Assembly: GCA_000175855.1 (NCBI GenBank)
Contig: ACYB01000017.1
Span: 1 to 29,593 of the forward strand
Reading direction: 5' to 3'
Source: Raphidiopsis brookii D9
GTDB taxonomy: Bacteria > Cyanobacteriota > Cyanobacteriia > Cyanobacteriales > Nostocaceae
DNA length: 29,593 bases
In this document: positions 18,817 through 28,754 of the stretch, in pieces
Layout of the letters: each line of letters opens with the position of its first letter
How positions within the stretch are numbered: position 1 is the first letter of the stretch
Made by a program: the position numbers and the translations under genes
Notes under the pieces: generated by a model
Databases searched by the model: none
What the model saw: only the letters and a program-made list of their open reading frames with translations
What the model was told of the DNA's origin: nothing

Positions 18817-19005
18817 TTAAACCACAAAGAAGTTTAATACACCAACCAAAAGGACTAAAGCAATCCAAATTCCGGAACCGAGCCAAAGGAGCTTTTTGGA
18901 ATCAACCCAGTTTTGAGGGGTTGCGTAAGCAACAGGAACACCTACCACCAGGACGAAAGAGAACAAAACTAAAGATACTAAAGCAAATTGGAATACTAAG
19001 GTCAT
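18817..19005 (-). CDS. psbZ: Photosystem II protein PsbZ
   Basis: 62 aa: [62 protein letters not shown]. Confidence 0.95.
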   Translation of the reverse strand: MTLVFQFALVSLVLFSFVLVVGVPVAYATPQNWVDSKKLLWLGSGIWIALVLLVGVLNFFVV

Positions 19006-19127
19006 TTTACTTTTCCCAATACACCGAAATCATGACTTGTAAACGGACTGTCGCGTTATCATAGACAGAGTTACATAATTTTATCATCAAATAAATCCCT
19101 TATATTGGGAAGACAATTCCCCCCGTT

Positions 19128-21872
19128 ATGGAAATAATTCTTTGTCATACAACTGCTGATTTTGACGCTTTAGGGGCGGCAGTGGGATTAACTTGTCTTA
19201 AACCAGGTAGTAAAATAGTGTTGACTGGAGGAGCCCATCCACCTGTGAGAGACTTTCTGTCCCTATATCGAGATGAGTATGCCCTAATTGAAAAACGTTC
19301 TGTCAACTCTGAGCATATTCGTTCCTTAACCATAGTAGATACCCAACAGCGCAATCGTTTAGGTAAAGCCCAAACATGGTTGGATCTAGCCAATCTAGTA
19401 GAAATTACAGTTTACGATCATCATATTAATCAAGAGAGTGACATTATTGCCACCAGTTTATATATTAGCGAAGTAGGTGCAACAACTACCCTAATAGTAG
19501 AGGAATTAATTAAAGAGAATATACTTATTAATGCTGCTCAAGCTACAGTAATGGCTTTAGGCATTCATGTAGATACAGGTTCCCTAACCTATGGTCAGTC
19601 CACAGCGAGAGATGCAGTAGCGTTAGCATGGTTAATGGAGAGGGGAGCAAATCTAGGAGTAATTGCCACCTATAGAGATCCTGGATTATCACCGGAAATT
19701 CAAAAATTATTAGGCGAATGTTTACAAGGACTAGAATATTTATGCTGGAGGGGGTACACCATTGCTTGGATGACCTTGAGAACGGATAATTTCGTTCCTG
19801 GGCTATCAGGTTTAGCAGCGCAACTGATGCAGTTAACAGAGATTGATGCCTTACTTTTAGCTCATGAATATACATATAACGATGGCGAATTAAGATTAAC
19901 AGTAATTGGTAGAACCCAAATTCCCCGTACTAACCTAAATATATTATTTATGCCATTTGATGGCGGTGGTCACTCTCAAGCAGCATCCTTAAATGTTAAA
20001 AAAACCAGTTCAGTCATAGTTTTAGAAAACCTATTAGCTGGGCTAAAATCCCAAATTCCCCAACCACCAATGGCCAGAGATTTAATGTCTTCTCCTGTGA
20101 GGACTATCAGACCAGAAACCACAATTACCCAAGCTCAAAGAATATTATTACGTTATGGACATTCTGGGTTATCTGTGGTGAATAGCCAAGATAAATTAGT
20201 AGGTATTATTTCCCGGAGAGACCTGGATATTGCTCTACATCATGGTTTTGGTCATGCACCAGTTAAAGGGTATATGACCACGGACTTAAAAACCATTAAC
20301 CCCCATACCGAATTACCACAAATTGAGTCCTTAATGGTAACTTATGACATTGGCAGATTGCCAGTTTTAGAAAATGGTAGTTTAGTGGGTATTGTTACCA
20401 GAACGGACGTTCTCAGACAACTGCACCGACTAGAAATTAAAAATTTGCCATTACAGGAATTAGAGTTAGAATTGAATTTACAATTAGATTCAATCCAGTT
20501 AAACCTGGAATTAGAACATCGACTTGCTCCCCAACTTTGGCAATTATTAACTAGAGCATCCCAAGCAGCGCAAGCAAGAGGTTGGCATCTGTATTTAGTT
20601 GGTGGTGCGGTTAGGGACTTGCTATTAGTGAATGATGCAAGTAACCAATTAATGCTCCATGATATTGACCTAGTAGTAGATGGTTTTCATCAAAGTGCAG
20701 ATGTGGGAGCTGGAGTAGAATTAGCGAGGGAATTACAGCAAATTTATCAAAATAGCCGTTTAGAAATTCATGGAGCATTTCAAACTGCAGCCTTATTATG
20801 GCATAAAGATCCAGAATTAGATTGTTTATGGGTAGATATTGCCACAGCTAGAACAGAATTTTATCCTTATCCTGCAGCAAATCCAGAAGTAGAAGCCAGT
20901 TCCATTCGGCAAGATCTATATAGAAGAGACTTTACAATTAATGCCATGGCACTAAGATTAACATCTCCCCACAGTGGTGAATTACTAGATTTTTTTGGTG
21001 GATTAATAGATTTAAGATCCCGAAAAATTAGAGTTTTGCACCCCAATAGTTTTATTGAAGATCCCACCCGGATTTATCGAGGAGTGCGGTTTGCCATCAG
21101 GTTTGGTTTTGCCATTGAACAGCGGACTGCTGAGTACATTAATTATGCCATTAATAGTGGTGTTTATGATAGAACAGTGCAAGAAAATATCAAAACACCA
21201 GCTTTGCACACTCGATTAAAAGCTGAATTAAAACTGATTTTACAAGCGTCTTATTGGCAATCAGCTTTAAAGTTATTAGATCAGTTAGGAGCTTTGCAAT
21301 GTATTCATTATACCTGTAAGTTAAATCATGGCATCTTGCGAGAATTGGTTTTATTGGAAAAACTGTTGAAAATTCAAGAGAGATTTTGGCAACCAGCTCA
21401 ACAATTGCCACCTACTTGGTTAATCCGGTTAGAGATATTAATTAGCAGCTTAGAACCAGAGTATAGAAGTAAGGTAGCAGAAAACTTACAATTATCAGAC
21501 AGCAATGTGAATAGACTCACAAAATTGGAAGCAGCACAGGTAGAAATAAATAGAGAGTTGGTAACTTGTGAGTTAGCTAGTGCAATATTTAACCTACTAC
21601 AAAAATATGACTCCGGAACTTTGATGTTGATAGCTGTAAAAAGTTCCCGGGAGATCAGAAGAAAAATCTGGTATTATTGGAGGGATTTAGTACATGTTCA
21701 ACCTTTATTAAAGGGAGATGACTTGAAAAAAATGGGTTACAAACCAGGTCCAATTTTCAAGCAGATTTTAGACCATTTATTGTTTGCTACTCTAGATGGT
21801 AAAATTAAGACTAAAACCCAAGCAGTGGAACTGTTAACTAAAGTTATAAACTCAGACGCACCCAGTTTTTAA
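19128..21872 (+). CDS. DHH/NrnA-like domain + tandem CBS + tRNA nucleotidyltransferase (poly(A) polymerase family) fusion
   Basis: 914 aa: TTADFDALGAAVG, VYDHH, two CBS units (ARDLMSSPVRTIRPETTITQAQ / PVKGYMTTDLKTINP), YLVGGAVRDLLL...HDIDLVVDG, RRDFTINAMAL. Confidence 0.9.
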   Translation: MEIILCHTTADFDALGAAVGLTCLKPGSKIVLTGGAHPPVRDFLSLYRDEYALIEKRSVNSEHIRSLTIVDTQQRNRLGKAQTWLDLANLVEITVYDHHINQESDIIATSLYISEVGATTTLIVEELIKENILINAAQATVMALGIHVDTGSLTYGQSTARDAVALAWLMERGANLGVIATYRDPGLSPEIQKLLGECLQGLEYLCWRGYTIAWMTLRTDNFVPGLSGLAAQLMQLTEIDALLLAHEYTYNDGELRLTVIGRTQIPRTNLNILFMPFDGGGHSQAASLNVKKTSSVIVLENLLAGLKSQIPQPPMARDLMSSPVRTIRPETTITQAQRILLRYGHSGLSVVNSQDKLVGIISRRDLDIALHHGFGHAPVKGYMTTDLKTINPHTELPQIESLMVTYDIGRLPVLENGSLVGIVTRTDVLRQLHRLEIKNLPLQELELELNLQLDSIQLNLELEHRLAPQLWQLLTRASQAAQARGWHLYLVGGAVRDLLLVNDASNQLMLHDIDLVVDGFHQSADVGAGVELARELQQIYQNSRLEIHGAFQTAALLWHKDPELDCLWVDIATARTEFYPYPAANPEVEASSIRQDLYRRDFTINAMALRLTSPHSGELLDFFGGLIDLRSRKIRVLHPNSFIEDPTRIYRGVRFAIRFGFAIEQRTAEYINYAINSGVYDRTVQENIKTPALHTRLKAELKLILQASYWQSALKLLDQLGALQCIHYTCKLNHGILRELVLLEKLLKIQERFWQPAQQLPPTWLIRLEILISSLEPEYRSKVAENLQLSDSNVNRLTKLEAAQVEINRELVTCELASAIFNLLQKYDSGTLMLIAVKSSREIRRKIWYYWRDLVHVQPLLKGDDLKKMGYKPGPIFKQILDHLLFATLDGKIKTKTQAVELLTKVINSDAPSF

Positions 21873-21892
21873 AAACTACACTGACCACACAT

Positions 21893-22471
21893 ATGACAAC
21901 ACTAAGTAGCATAATTTTGGCAGGTGGCAAAAGTTCTAGAATGGGCAAAGACAAAGCTCTAATTTCCATTGGGGGAGTCCCTTTATTAGAAAAGGTCTAC
22001 CATGTAGCTAGAAGTTGTACTAACAATATCTATATAGTCACACCCTGGGTAGAAAGATATCAGGATTTGCATTTGCCAGGATGTGAATTTATTCAAGAAG
22101 ACCCAGAACATACCCAAGGTCCCCTAGTGGGTTTTGCCAGGGGAATGGAAAAAACAGTCACAGAATGGGTTTTGTTATTAGCTTGTGATTTACCAAATTT
22201 GCAAATTCCAGTTTTTCAAGATTGGGTACGGGAATTGGACAACACACAACCGCAAAATATTGCCCGGTTGGTGAAAAATGACTATGGTTGGGAACCTCTT
22301 TGCGGTTTCTATCGCACCAGTTGTTTACCCTTACTGGTGGATTTTATTAATCAAGAAGGACGTTCTTTTCAATGGTGGCTCAAACTATATCCAGTTGCTG
22401 CTCTACCCCTATCAACACCAGATATGTTGTTTAATTGCAACACCCCTGATGATTTAAGGATGGTAACTTAA
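21893..22471 (+). CDS. mobA: Molybdenum cofactor guanylyltransferase
   Basis: 192 aa: SIILAGGKSSRMGKDKALISIGGVPLLEKV...LLACDLPNLQIP. Confidence 0.85.
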   Translation: MTTLSSIILAGGKSSRMGKDKALISIGGVPLLEKVYHVARSCTNNIYIVTPWVERYQDLHLPGCEFIQEDPEHTQGPLVGFARGMEKTVTEWVLLLACDLPNLQIPVFQDWVRELDNTQPQNIARLVKNDYGWEPLCGFYRTSCLPLLVDFINQEGRSFQWWLKLYPVAALPLSTPDMLFNCNTPDDLRMVT

Positions 22472-23448
22472 AGAAGATAAACCGTGATAATTGCTATTCT
22501 TGAATGGTTAGGACTATTTTTTTTAGGTGGATTATTTCTGTTATTCAAACTACGAAAATATAAACCACCAACAGTAGTTAACAACAGTAAGTATCCAATT
22601 CCCTGTACTAAATAAAGCTTGTCTCTATAACCAAATAAGGATTTGAAAATAATTCCTGGGAATTTTTCATCAGGTAATATTGAGCTGGAGTTCCAAACCA
22701 ATGGACCCAAAATACAAGAATGGATTTTGGTAAAGTGTTCATAGTAAAAACAAAGATTTTCTGATGCACGACTAGTCATGGCTAAACTAGCAATTGCATC
22801 ATCAAAATGTCCCAGTCCAGAAACTAATAGTCCAGCAACTATTAAAACTAATAAAATTCCCATGACCTGGAAAAATCTCCCAATGTTAATTCTTACACCC
22901 AGTTTAAACAACAAAACCCCAATTCCTGCTGCTGTTGCTAAACCCCCAATTGCTCCCAGGGTGGGCAATAACCCTTGCTGAAAATTAGCAGCTACAAATA
23001 AAACTGTCTCAAAACCTTCACGAACTACAGCAATTAGAACTAAACTGAAAATACCTAAACCAGCATGACTATTTTTAGTTAAAGCTTGTCTGACCGCTCC
23101 TTCAACTTGCAATTTCAGAAATTTAGCCTGTTGGGTCATCCAAATCAGCATCCAACTGAGCATAATAATCGCTAGTATGCTAAATATTCCCTCTAAAATC
23201 GGTTCAACTGTACTGCTGTATTCGGGATTAACAGACCCCAAAAATTTAATTAGTCCGGTAAATAAAATACCGATTAAACCACTCACAATAACACCAACTA
23301 CAACACCTGCATAAACCCAAACATTTAATTGAGACTGTTTGGACTTATTTAGTAAAGCTAAAACGATACCAACCACTAAAGCAGCTTCTACACCTTCACG
23401 CAGGGTAATCACAAATGTAGGTAGAGCAAGACTAAAATTCATTGTCAA
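22468..23448 (-). CDS. FTR1-family high-affinity iron permease
   Basis: 326 aa, multi-TM, with TLREGVEAALVVG and VREGFETVLFVA (REXXE-type motifs). Confidence 0.9.
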   Translation of the reverse strand: MTMNFSLALPTFVITLREGVEAALVVGIVLALLNKSKQSQLNVWVYAGVVVGVIVSGLIGILFTGLIKFLGSVNPEYSSTVEPILEGIFSILAIIMLSWMLIWMTQQAKFLKLQVEGAVRQALTKNSHAGLGIFSLVLIAVVREGFETVLFVAANFQQGLLPTLGAIGGLATAAGIGVLLFKLGVRINIGRFFQVMGILLVLIVAGLLVSGLGHFDDAIASLAMTSRASENLCFYYEHFTKIHSCILGPLVWNSSSILPDEKFPGIIFKSLFGYRDKLYLVQGIGYLLLLTTVGGLYFRSLNNRNNPPKKNSPNHSRIAIITVYLL

Positions 23449-23555
23449 TTAATTTAAGTAATAGGCTATATATTAATGATACCCAACAAGTTGGGTATTT
23501 TTAATTTTCACTTCGCTATTCTAGATGGTTTTTTCTGGCTAAACTAGCTTACAGA

Positions 23556-24557
23556 TTACATCACGGTGAAAAATTTGGCGTTTTCTTCTATGGTTTTAAC
23601 CAGCGAATTAACTTGCTCGGGAGTTTTCACTATCTGATTGGGTGGAATAGCAGAAGGCCAAACTTGTAGGAGTTCAGTTAAAGCTATATCTATGGCTTTT
23701 TGCGCTTCCGGATTCACTGTTGCCATTTGTGAGGAAACACTCTGATATAGTTCATGGGAATAGATGACGAAACCACGGGAGTCTTGATACTCTATGGGGG
23801 CGGTGATTTTGTTTTTAGCGATCGCTGCTTGATATTCTGCTGTTGCTGCATCTAGTAGTCCCCTAATCACTTGTAATATGAACTTGGGTTGTAAGCGTTG
23901 TTCATTGGGTAAAGCTGTAATTGCAGTGTCTATGTCTGACATAGCCACGGTTAGATTGGTTGCCACCTTTTTATCTTGAGGACGGAATTTAACTAGTTCG
24001 GTCAATTTCACTAAGTCCTCTTTAAACTGTTTGACCTTCCGTTCGTTAAGTTGTTCTTCTATATCAACATAAATCTCTTCTACTGGATGTCCAATATGAG
24101 GTTGGGCCTGTTTTGGTTGATTTTCTTTCAACAGTTCCCCTGCTACCAAAAGATGTCCTTTCATTAATGCCAATTTTGTCATGTAGTCTATGTCTTTGGC
24201 TTCTCCGGTAAGTACCACTTCCTCTATGGTGACTAGATTTTTAATTTGCTCAAACTGTTCCTGTGTAATTACTTTTTTGCTCACCAAGTCCGCTGTTGAA
24301 CCGTAGGGACGACTAGCTTGAATTTTGTTGGATAAAGCGGGAACTCCTAATTTCCCTTCCAATTTGTCCAATTCCGATAAAATGGCATTATTGATATTAA
24401 TTTTGCCTTTACCAGTGTGAGTCATATCACTGGTTGTCTGTGTAACTGCTGGTGTAGTACTGGTTCCCCCAGGGGGTTGACTACCGCAGGAACTTAGACA
24501 CACAACTAGACAAGCTACTATGGATAAGATTAGATAACGATGTTTGATCATTTTCAT
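23556..24557 (-). CDS. Lipoprotein with helix-hairpin-helix (ComEA-like) domain and helical C-terminal domain
   Basis: 333 aa. Lipobox LSSCGS; GKININNAILSELDKLEGKLGVPALSNKIQASRPYGSTADL; neighbour of FTR1 and MCO genes. Confidence 0.75.
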   Translation of the reverse strand: MKMIKHRYLILSIVACLVVCLSSCGSQPPGGTSTTPAVTQTTSDMTHTGKGKININNAILSELDKLEGKLGVPALSNKIQASRPYGSTADLVSKKVITQEQFEQIKNLVTIEEVVLTGEAKDIDYMTKLALMKGHLLVAGELLKENQPKQAQPHIGHPVEEIYVDIEEQLNERKVKQFKEDLVKLTELVKFRPQDKKVATNLTVAMSDIDTAITALPNEQRLQPKFILQVIRGLLDAATAEYQAAIAKNKITAPIEYQDSRGFVIYSHELYQSVSSQMATVNPEAQKAIDIALTELLQVWPSAIPPNQIVKTPEQVNSLVKTIEENAKFFTVM

Positions 24558-24706
24558 CCCAGGTAAAAAATTTACTGATGTTCTTGACTGATACAGTTGA
24601 AAACTATTCCTACTATTGTTGATGATATTTTGAGATCAAATGATAATATTTGTCAATAGTTAGTTATGGAATAAAGGTGAAATAAGAAGTTGTAGGAGTG
24701 ATAAAC

Positions 24707-25705
24707 CTAGTTTGATTCAGGAATCACTTCCAATTGACCCATACAACCGTTTTCAGCGATCATGTCCTGGTGGGGATGGAACATATATTTACCTGGATAA
24801 CGAAACCTAAATTCTAAAATATGCCTTTCTGCAACACCCATGGTCACCACATCTGTTTTGTAAGTGGGAGTCATGGTCATCCCCAAGGGATAAACATCAA
24901 AAAAGTTAGCATGTAGATGAAAGGTGACAGCAGGATCAAATTCAATAATGTTTAAAACATAGGCTCTAATTAATTGGTTTTGATAAATCTGAATAGGGTG
25001 GTGCATGTAATAATGGGGCAATCCATTGAATGAGTAATATTCATTTTTATTGTCATCATTAATGTCATATCCGGACATTATTAAAACAATTTCATCTGCA
25101 TTAGGACGTGAGTTGGGTGGATCAATAATTAACATCCCATATAATCCTTTGGCAATGTGACGAGTAACTGGTTCAACATGACAGTGATATAAATGAACTC
25201 CATAGGGTTCAGCATCAAATTCATATATGGTTGCCTTACCATTACTAATAGGGAGTACACCATCCATCTGTGCTGGATGTATCCCGTGAAAATGCAAAGA
25301 ATGGGAATGGCCAGCTTGATTGAGAAATAACACTCGGATTCTCTCCCCTGCTTTAGCTCTGAGGGTTGGTCCGGGAATCCTACCATTTAAATCCCAAATG
25401 TTGTAGGATACCAAACTGTTCAAGTGAATTGTGGAAGTACCTGCTATCAACTCAAATTCTCGAATATTTCTGCCATTTTCTCGCTTGAGAGTTCCATAAT
25501 CAAAATTTCGCAACACCTGCATGGGTTTGGTGGCCTCTTGGGATTCTGTCATTTCCGTAGGGGGAATTTTCACAACGTTATTATGGCTATTGACCATCCG
25601 TAAAATAACTGAGCCACCCATTAATCCTCCAACAGCTAGACCCATTTGTAATAGCTTGCGCCGGTTCCAAATTACACTTTTACTCCAGTCAAGGTTTTCA
25701 GACAT
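24707..25705 (-). CDS. Two-domain multicopper oxidase-type protein, putative ferroxidase
   Basis: 332 aa: HSHSLHFHGIHP, LYHCHVEPVTRHIAKGLYG, FHLHANFFDVYP, MFHPHQDMIAENGCMGQLEV. N-terminal RRKLLQMGLAVGGLMGG resembles an export signal. Confidence 0.85.
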   Translation of the reverse strand: MSENLDWSKSVIWNRRKLLQMGLAVGGLMGGSVILRMVNSHNNVVKIPPTEMTESQEATKPMQVLRNFDYGTLKRENGRNIREFELIAGTSTIHLNSLVSYNIWDLNGRIPGPTLRAKAGERIRVLFLNQAGHSHSLHFHGIHPAQMDGVLPISNGKATIYEFDAEPYGVHLYHCHVEPVTRHIAKGLYGMLIIDPPNSRPNADEIVLIMSGYDINDDNKNEYYSFNGLPHYYMHHPIQIYQNQLIRAYVLNIIEFDPAVTFHLHANFFDVYPLGMTMTPTYKTDVVTMGVAERHILEFRFRYPGKYMFHPHQDMIAENGCMGQLEVIPESN

Positions 25706-26046
25706 TAGATAGATAGTCGGTAAATCATTACACAGCTGGAGTGATCATACCACAAATAACTAATCCTGCAACGCCGGGTTTTTACCCTTAATCTTGACTT
25801 ATTATAAATATTTACAAATATTTATGGTTTGATGTGAAAGCTTCAGGTGGCAATTGTTTCTGTTTGAAAACATTCTAAAAATATCCTAAAATTCTGTCCA
25901 AATATCCTCCTATATGGCATTGTGAAAATAAGCAAAATATAGTTTCCTGTAAGTTTGATGTCTCTTTTGATATCTATTGAGTTTGTAATTGTATTGCCGA
26001 GTATTGCTTAAGTTAGTATCAAAAAAACAAAAATCCGGGGTTTTTT

Positions 26047-26970
26047 ATGCATATACCAGATGGATTTATTTCAGTACCAGTAGCAACAACTACTAGTTTA
26101 GCTAGTGCAGCCGCATTATTCATATCATTGAGGCGATCGCAAACTGCCTTTGGAGTACGTCGAGCTCCCTTACTAGGGTTAACCACAGCCTTTATTTTTG
26201 CTGCCCAGATGGTGAATTTTCCCGTAGCTGGAGGTACGAGTGGACACCTTTCAGGTGCTGCATTAGGAGCAATAATTTTGGGTAGCCCTTGGGCGGGAAC
26301 TCTTTGTTTAGCAACGGTTTTGATTATTCAGGCTGTGTTGTTTGCTGATGGTGGAATTACTGCTTTAGGAGCTAACATTTTAAACTTAGGAGTAATTGGG
26401 GTTTGGGTAGGATGGATATTGACCCAGACCTTACAGCGTTTGTTGGGTGGTTCTGTACAACGTTTACCCTTAGCAGCAGGTATAGCAGCAGGAATTAGTA
26501 TGGTAGTATCAGCGATCGCTTGTGCTATTGAGTTAGCGATTTCTGGGACAGCACCGGTGAACTTAGTCTTACCCAGCATGACGGGTATACATATTCTGAT
26601 TGGTATAGGGGAAGGATTAATTACGGGGGGTGTATTAGCGTATTTAGCCAGATCACGTCCAGACTTACTACCGGGAGAGGAAGAGAAATTTCGGGGATGG
26701 TTAGTACCAGTGGTGAGCATTTTGCTGATTGCTGGAGTTATATCCTTGTTTGCTTCCGCATGGCCAGATGGCTTAGAAAAAGCAGCAGAGAATTTAGGGT
26801 TTATTAACTTGGCCCAAGAGGTAAGAATTGTGGTACCCACCCCCTTTGCTGATTATGAAATTGATGGGTTAGGGCAAATTGGGACAAGCATTACCGGCTT
26901 ATTAGGTGCGGCATCTTGCTTTGCCGTAGCTTTTGGGATTGCTAAGGTAATTAAACCCAAGAATGCTTAA
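26047..26970 (+). CDS. cbiM: Energy-coupling factor transporter substrate-capture protein CbiM with C-terminal PDGLE-type (CbiN-like) domain
   Basis: 307 aa: MHIPDGFISVPVATTTSLASAAA...PVAGGTSGHLSGAALGAIILG...ASAWPDGLEKAAENLGF. Confidence 0.93.
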   Translation: MHIPDGFISVPVATTTSLASAAALFISLRRSQTAFGVRRAPLLGLTTAFIFAAQMVNFPVAGGTSGHLSGAALGAIILGSPWAGTLCLATVLIIQAVLFADGGITALGANILNLGVIGVWVGWILTQTLQRLLGGSVQRLPLAAGIAAGISMVVSAIACAIELAISGTAPVNLVLPSMTGIHILIGIGEGLITGGVLAYLARSRPDLLPGEEEKFRGWLVPVVSILLIAGVISLFASAWPDGLEKAAENLGFINLAQEVRIVVPTPFADYEIDGLGQIGTSITGLLGAASCFAVAFGIAKVIKPKNA

Positions 26971-27610
26971 AATATCCTTGCCATTACGTTTACAACTATC
27001 CCTAATTGTAGTTATTGGAACAGCTTTTTTAAAGTATCACAGTTGGCTGCAATTATACATTTATGGAGCGATCGCCCTAGTATGGGTGGTAATATTAGGG
27101 GTAGAGATAGTCAAACTGGGTGGTTTGCTGGGTGGGGAATTAATTTTCCTGTGTTTGGTAGCATTACCTCTAGGGTGGGAAAAGGCCAGTTTTTTATTAG
27201 TTCGTTCTCTGATTTGTTTAATAGTGATGAACAGCTTTTTACTTACCCTACCACCCCACAGTTTTGGCATTGCGCTCAAAGGATTACCCATTCCTCTAGC
27301 ACTAAAAGAAAATTTACTCCTAGCAGGACAATACCTAGAAATTCTGCTGGCGGAAATTCAGCGTATGCAGCGCGGTGCCCAACTGCGTGGTTTAAGTGGT
27401 ACTAGGGGATGGTTACGTTATGCTAGTGCAGCTATGATTGGTGCTTTGTATTTAAGGACCTTAGAAAGAGCAGAGCGAGTTTATGCTGCTATGATTACTC
27501 GTGGTTACAACGGTCAACTTCCCATGGATTGCCAACCTAACCCGCAAGAACTTTTGACAATTATTTTAGTAATTGTTATTGCTAGTTATATCACTGTTAG
27601 TTCATATTAA
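26963..27610 (+). CDS. cbiQ: ECF transporter T component CbiQ
   Basis: 215 aa, ends ...AEIQRMQRGAQLRGLSGTRGWLRYASAAMIGALYLRTLERAERVYAAMITRGYNGQLP. It overlaps the cbiM stop by 8 nt. Confidence 0.85.
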   Translation: MLKISLPLRLQLSLIVVIGTAFLKYHSWLQLYIYGAIALVWVVILGVEIVKLGGLLGGELIFLCLVALPLGWEKASFLLVRSLICLIVMNSFLLTLPPHSFGIALKGLPIPLALKENLLLAGQYLEILLAEIQRMQRGAQLRGLSGTRGWLRYASAAMIGALYLRTLERAERVYAAMITRGYNGQLPMDCQPNPQELLTIILVIVIASYITVSSY

Positions 27611-27622
27611 AGTAATTAAGTC

Positions 27623-28195
27623 TTGACATCCTTAACCTCCTATTCTTCCCTAACCAACTTTTTTCCTGAGACCCTTGTCCTGGAAGTGAGAAATCTAATG
27701 TATGCTTATACAAACAAGTATACAATCTTAAAAAATATTTCATTTAAATTAAAAACAGGTGATCGGGTGGCTTTGATTGGTGCTACTGGTTCAGGGAAAA
27801 GCACTCTTTTAGAAAACCTAATTGGGTTAAAGTATCCCCAGAGTGGCACAATTACCATCAATGGGATTCCGGTGGAGCCAAACACCGTGGCAAAAATACG
27901 TAAACAAATTGGATTTGTCTTTCAGGATGCCAATGATCAACTATTTATGCCAACAGTATTAGAAGATATTACCTTTGGACCGCTCAATTATGGTGTCGCA
28001 CCAGCAGTAGCTAAAGAAAATGCTAGACAACTACTAGCTGATTTTGGCTTAGAAAAATATGCCCATCGTTCCCATCATGAACTATCCGGAGGTCAAAGAC
28101 GTTTAGCTGCAATTGCATCAGTATTAGCGTTAGAGCCAGAAATCTTGATTTTAGACGAACCAACCACTGGACTAGATCCAATACTGTTCGGTTAA
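27623..28195 (+). pseudogene. cbiO: cobalt/nickel ABC ATPase CbiO, truncated after Walker B/D-loop by a mobile element
   Basis: 190 aa: Walker A GATGSGKST, Q-loop GFVFQDANDQLF, signature LSGGQRR, Walker B ILILDEPTTGLDP. It then abruptly reads ILFG*, with no H-loop region. Confidence 0.85.
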
Positions 28196-28266
28196 GGAAA
28201 AAAAGGGGTAAGATCAAGAGAAAAGAGTTCGCGCTTTAATTGCGAGAACAAAGAAAATTGAGAGAC

Positions 28267-28659
28267 TTACTTTTTCTCCTTGAGACTGTTGTATAAGTCA
28301 GCCCAGTTTTGTCGCAGAGAATCAATACATGATTGTAAGTAATCAACCTGAGTCCTCCGAGCAACCGAGAGAACCGCATCAATATGAGCAGGACTTCCAG
28401 CCTTCCCTAAATGCTTGTATTTAGTTAACTTGCCTGGTTGAGAAGTAGGGAAAATGGGTTGAGAAGCGTGTAACTTATAGTACCAATAAACCCCTTGTTT
28501 ACTCCGTGCTTGATAACGGGAAACAGAACAACCAGGAGGCCCGATTTCCCCCGCCGCTTTTATTTGTTGAATCATCAATTGCAAAGTCGCAATCGCTTGT
28601 TGCAACAGTTCCCCTCTGGCAATGAGATCATCTTCTTTTGTGGACATGATCAATAACAT
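28267..28659 (-). CDS. Small conserved-looking ORF carried in the element next to the transposase, function unknown
   Basis: 130 aa: LIARGELLQQAIATLQLMIQQIKAAGEIGPPGCSVSRYQARSKQGVYWYYKLHASQPIFPTSQPGKLTKYKHLGKAGSPAHIDAVLSVARRTQVDYLQSCIDSLRQNW. The internal start MSTKEDD is possible. Confidence 0.6.
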   Translation of the reverse strand: MLLIMSTKEDDLIARGELLQQAIATLQLMIQQIKAAGEIGPPGCSVSRYQARSKQGVYWYYKLHASQPIFPTSQPGKLTKYKHLGKAGSPAHIDAVLSVARRTQVDYLQSCIDSLRQNWADLYNSLKEKK

Positions 28660-28754
28660 TTGTATGTTCTCGAAATATACTCAAGAACTAAGTGACATTT
28701 AATATATTATGACCATTAGACCTAAAATTCCCCAAAAATTTTTGTTTTTAGTAT

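Noticed and set aside
18810-19064. Plus-strand 84-aa ORF
   Set aside because: Antisense to psbZ, which is confidently identified.
25741-26046. Cobalamin or Ni/Co riboswitch upstream of cbiM
   Set aside because: No recognisable B12-box (GCCACTG or AGCCAGGAGACCTGCC-like) was found by eye. A covariance-model search (Rfam cobalamin, NiCo) would be decisive.
12692-26520. GCGATCGC palindromes at many sites (e.g. near 5485, 12700, 13150, 16604, 16942, 17455, 23819, 26137, 26512, 27065)
   Set aside because: These are the well-known cyanobacterial HIP1 elements, expected genome-wide and not a local signal.
28023-28217. Minus-strand 64-aa ORF over cbiO
   Set aside because: Antisense to the Walker B region of cbiO; a shadow ORF.
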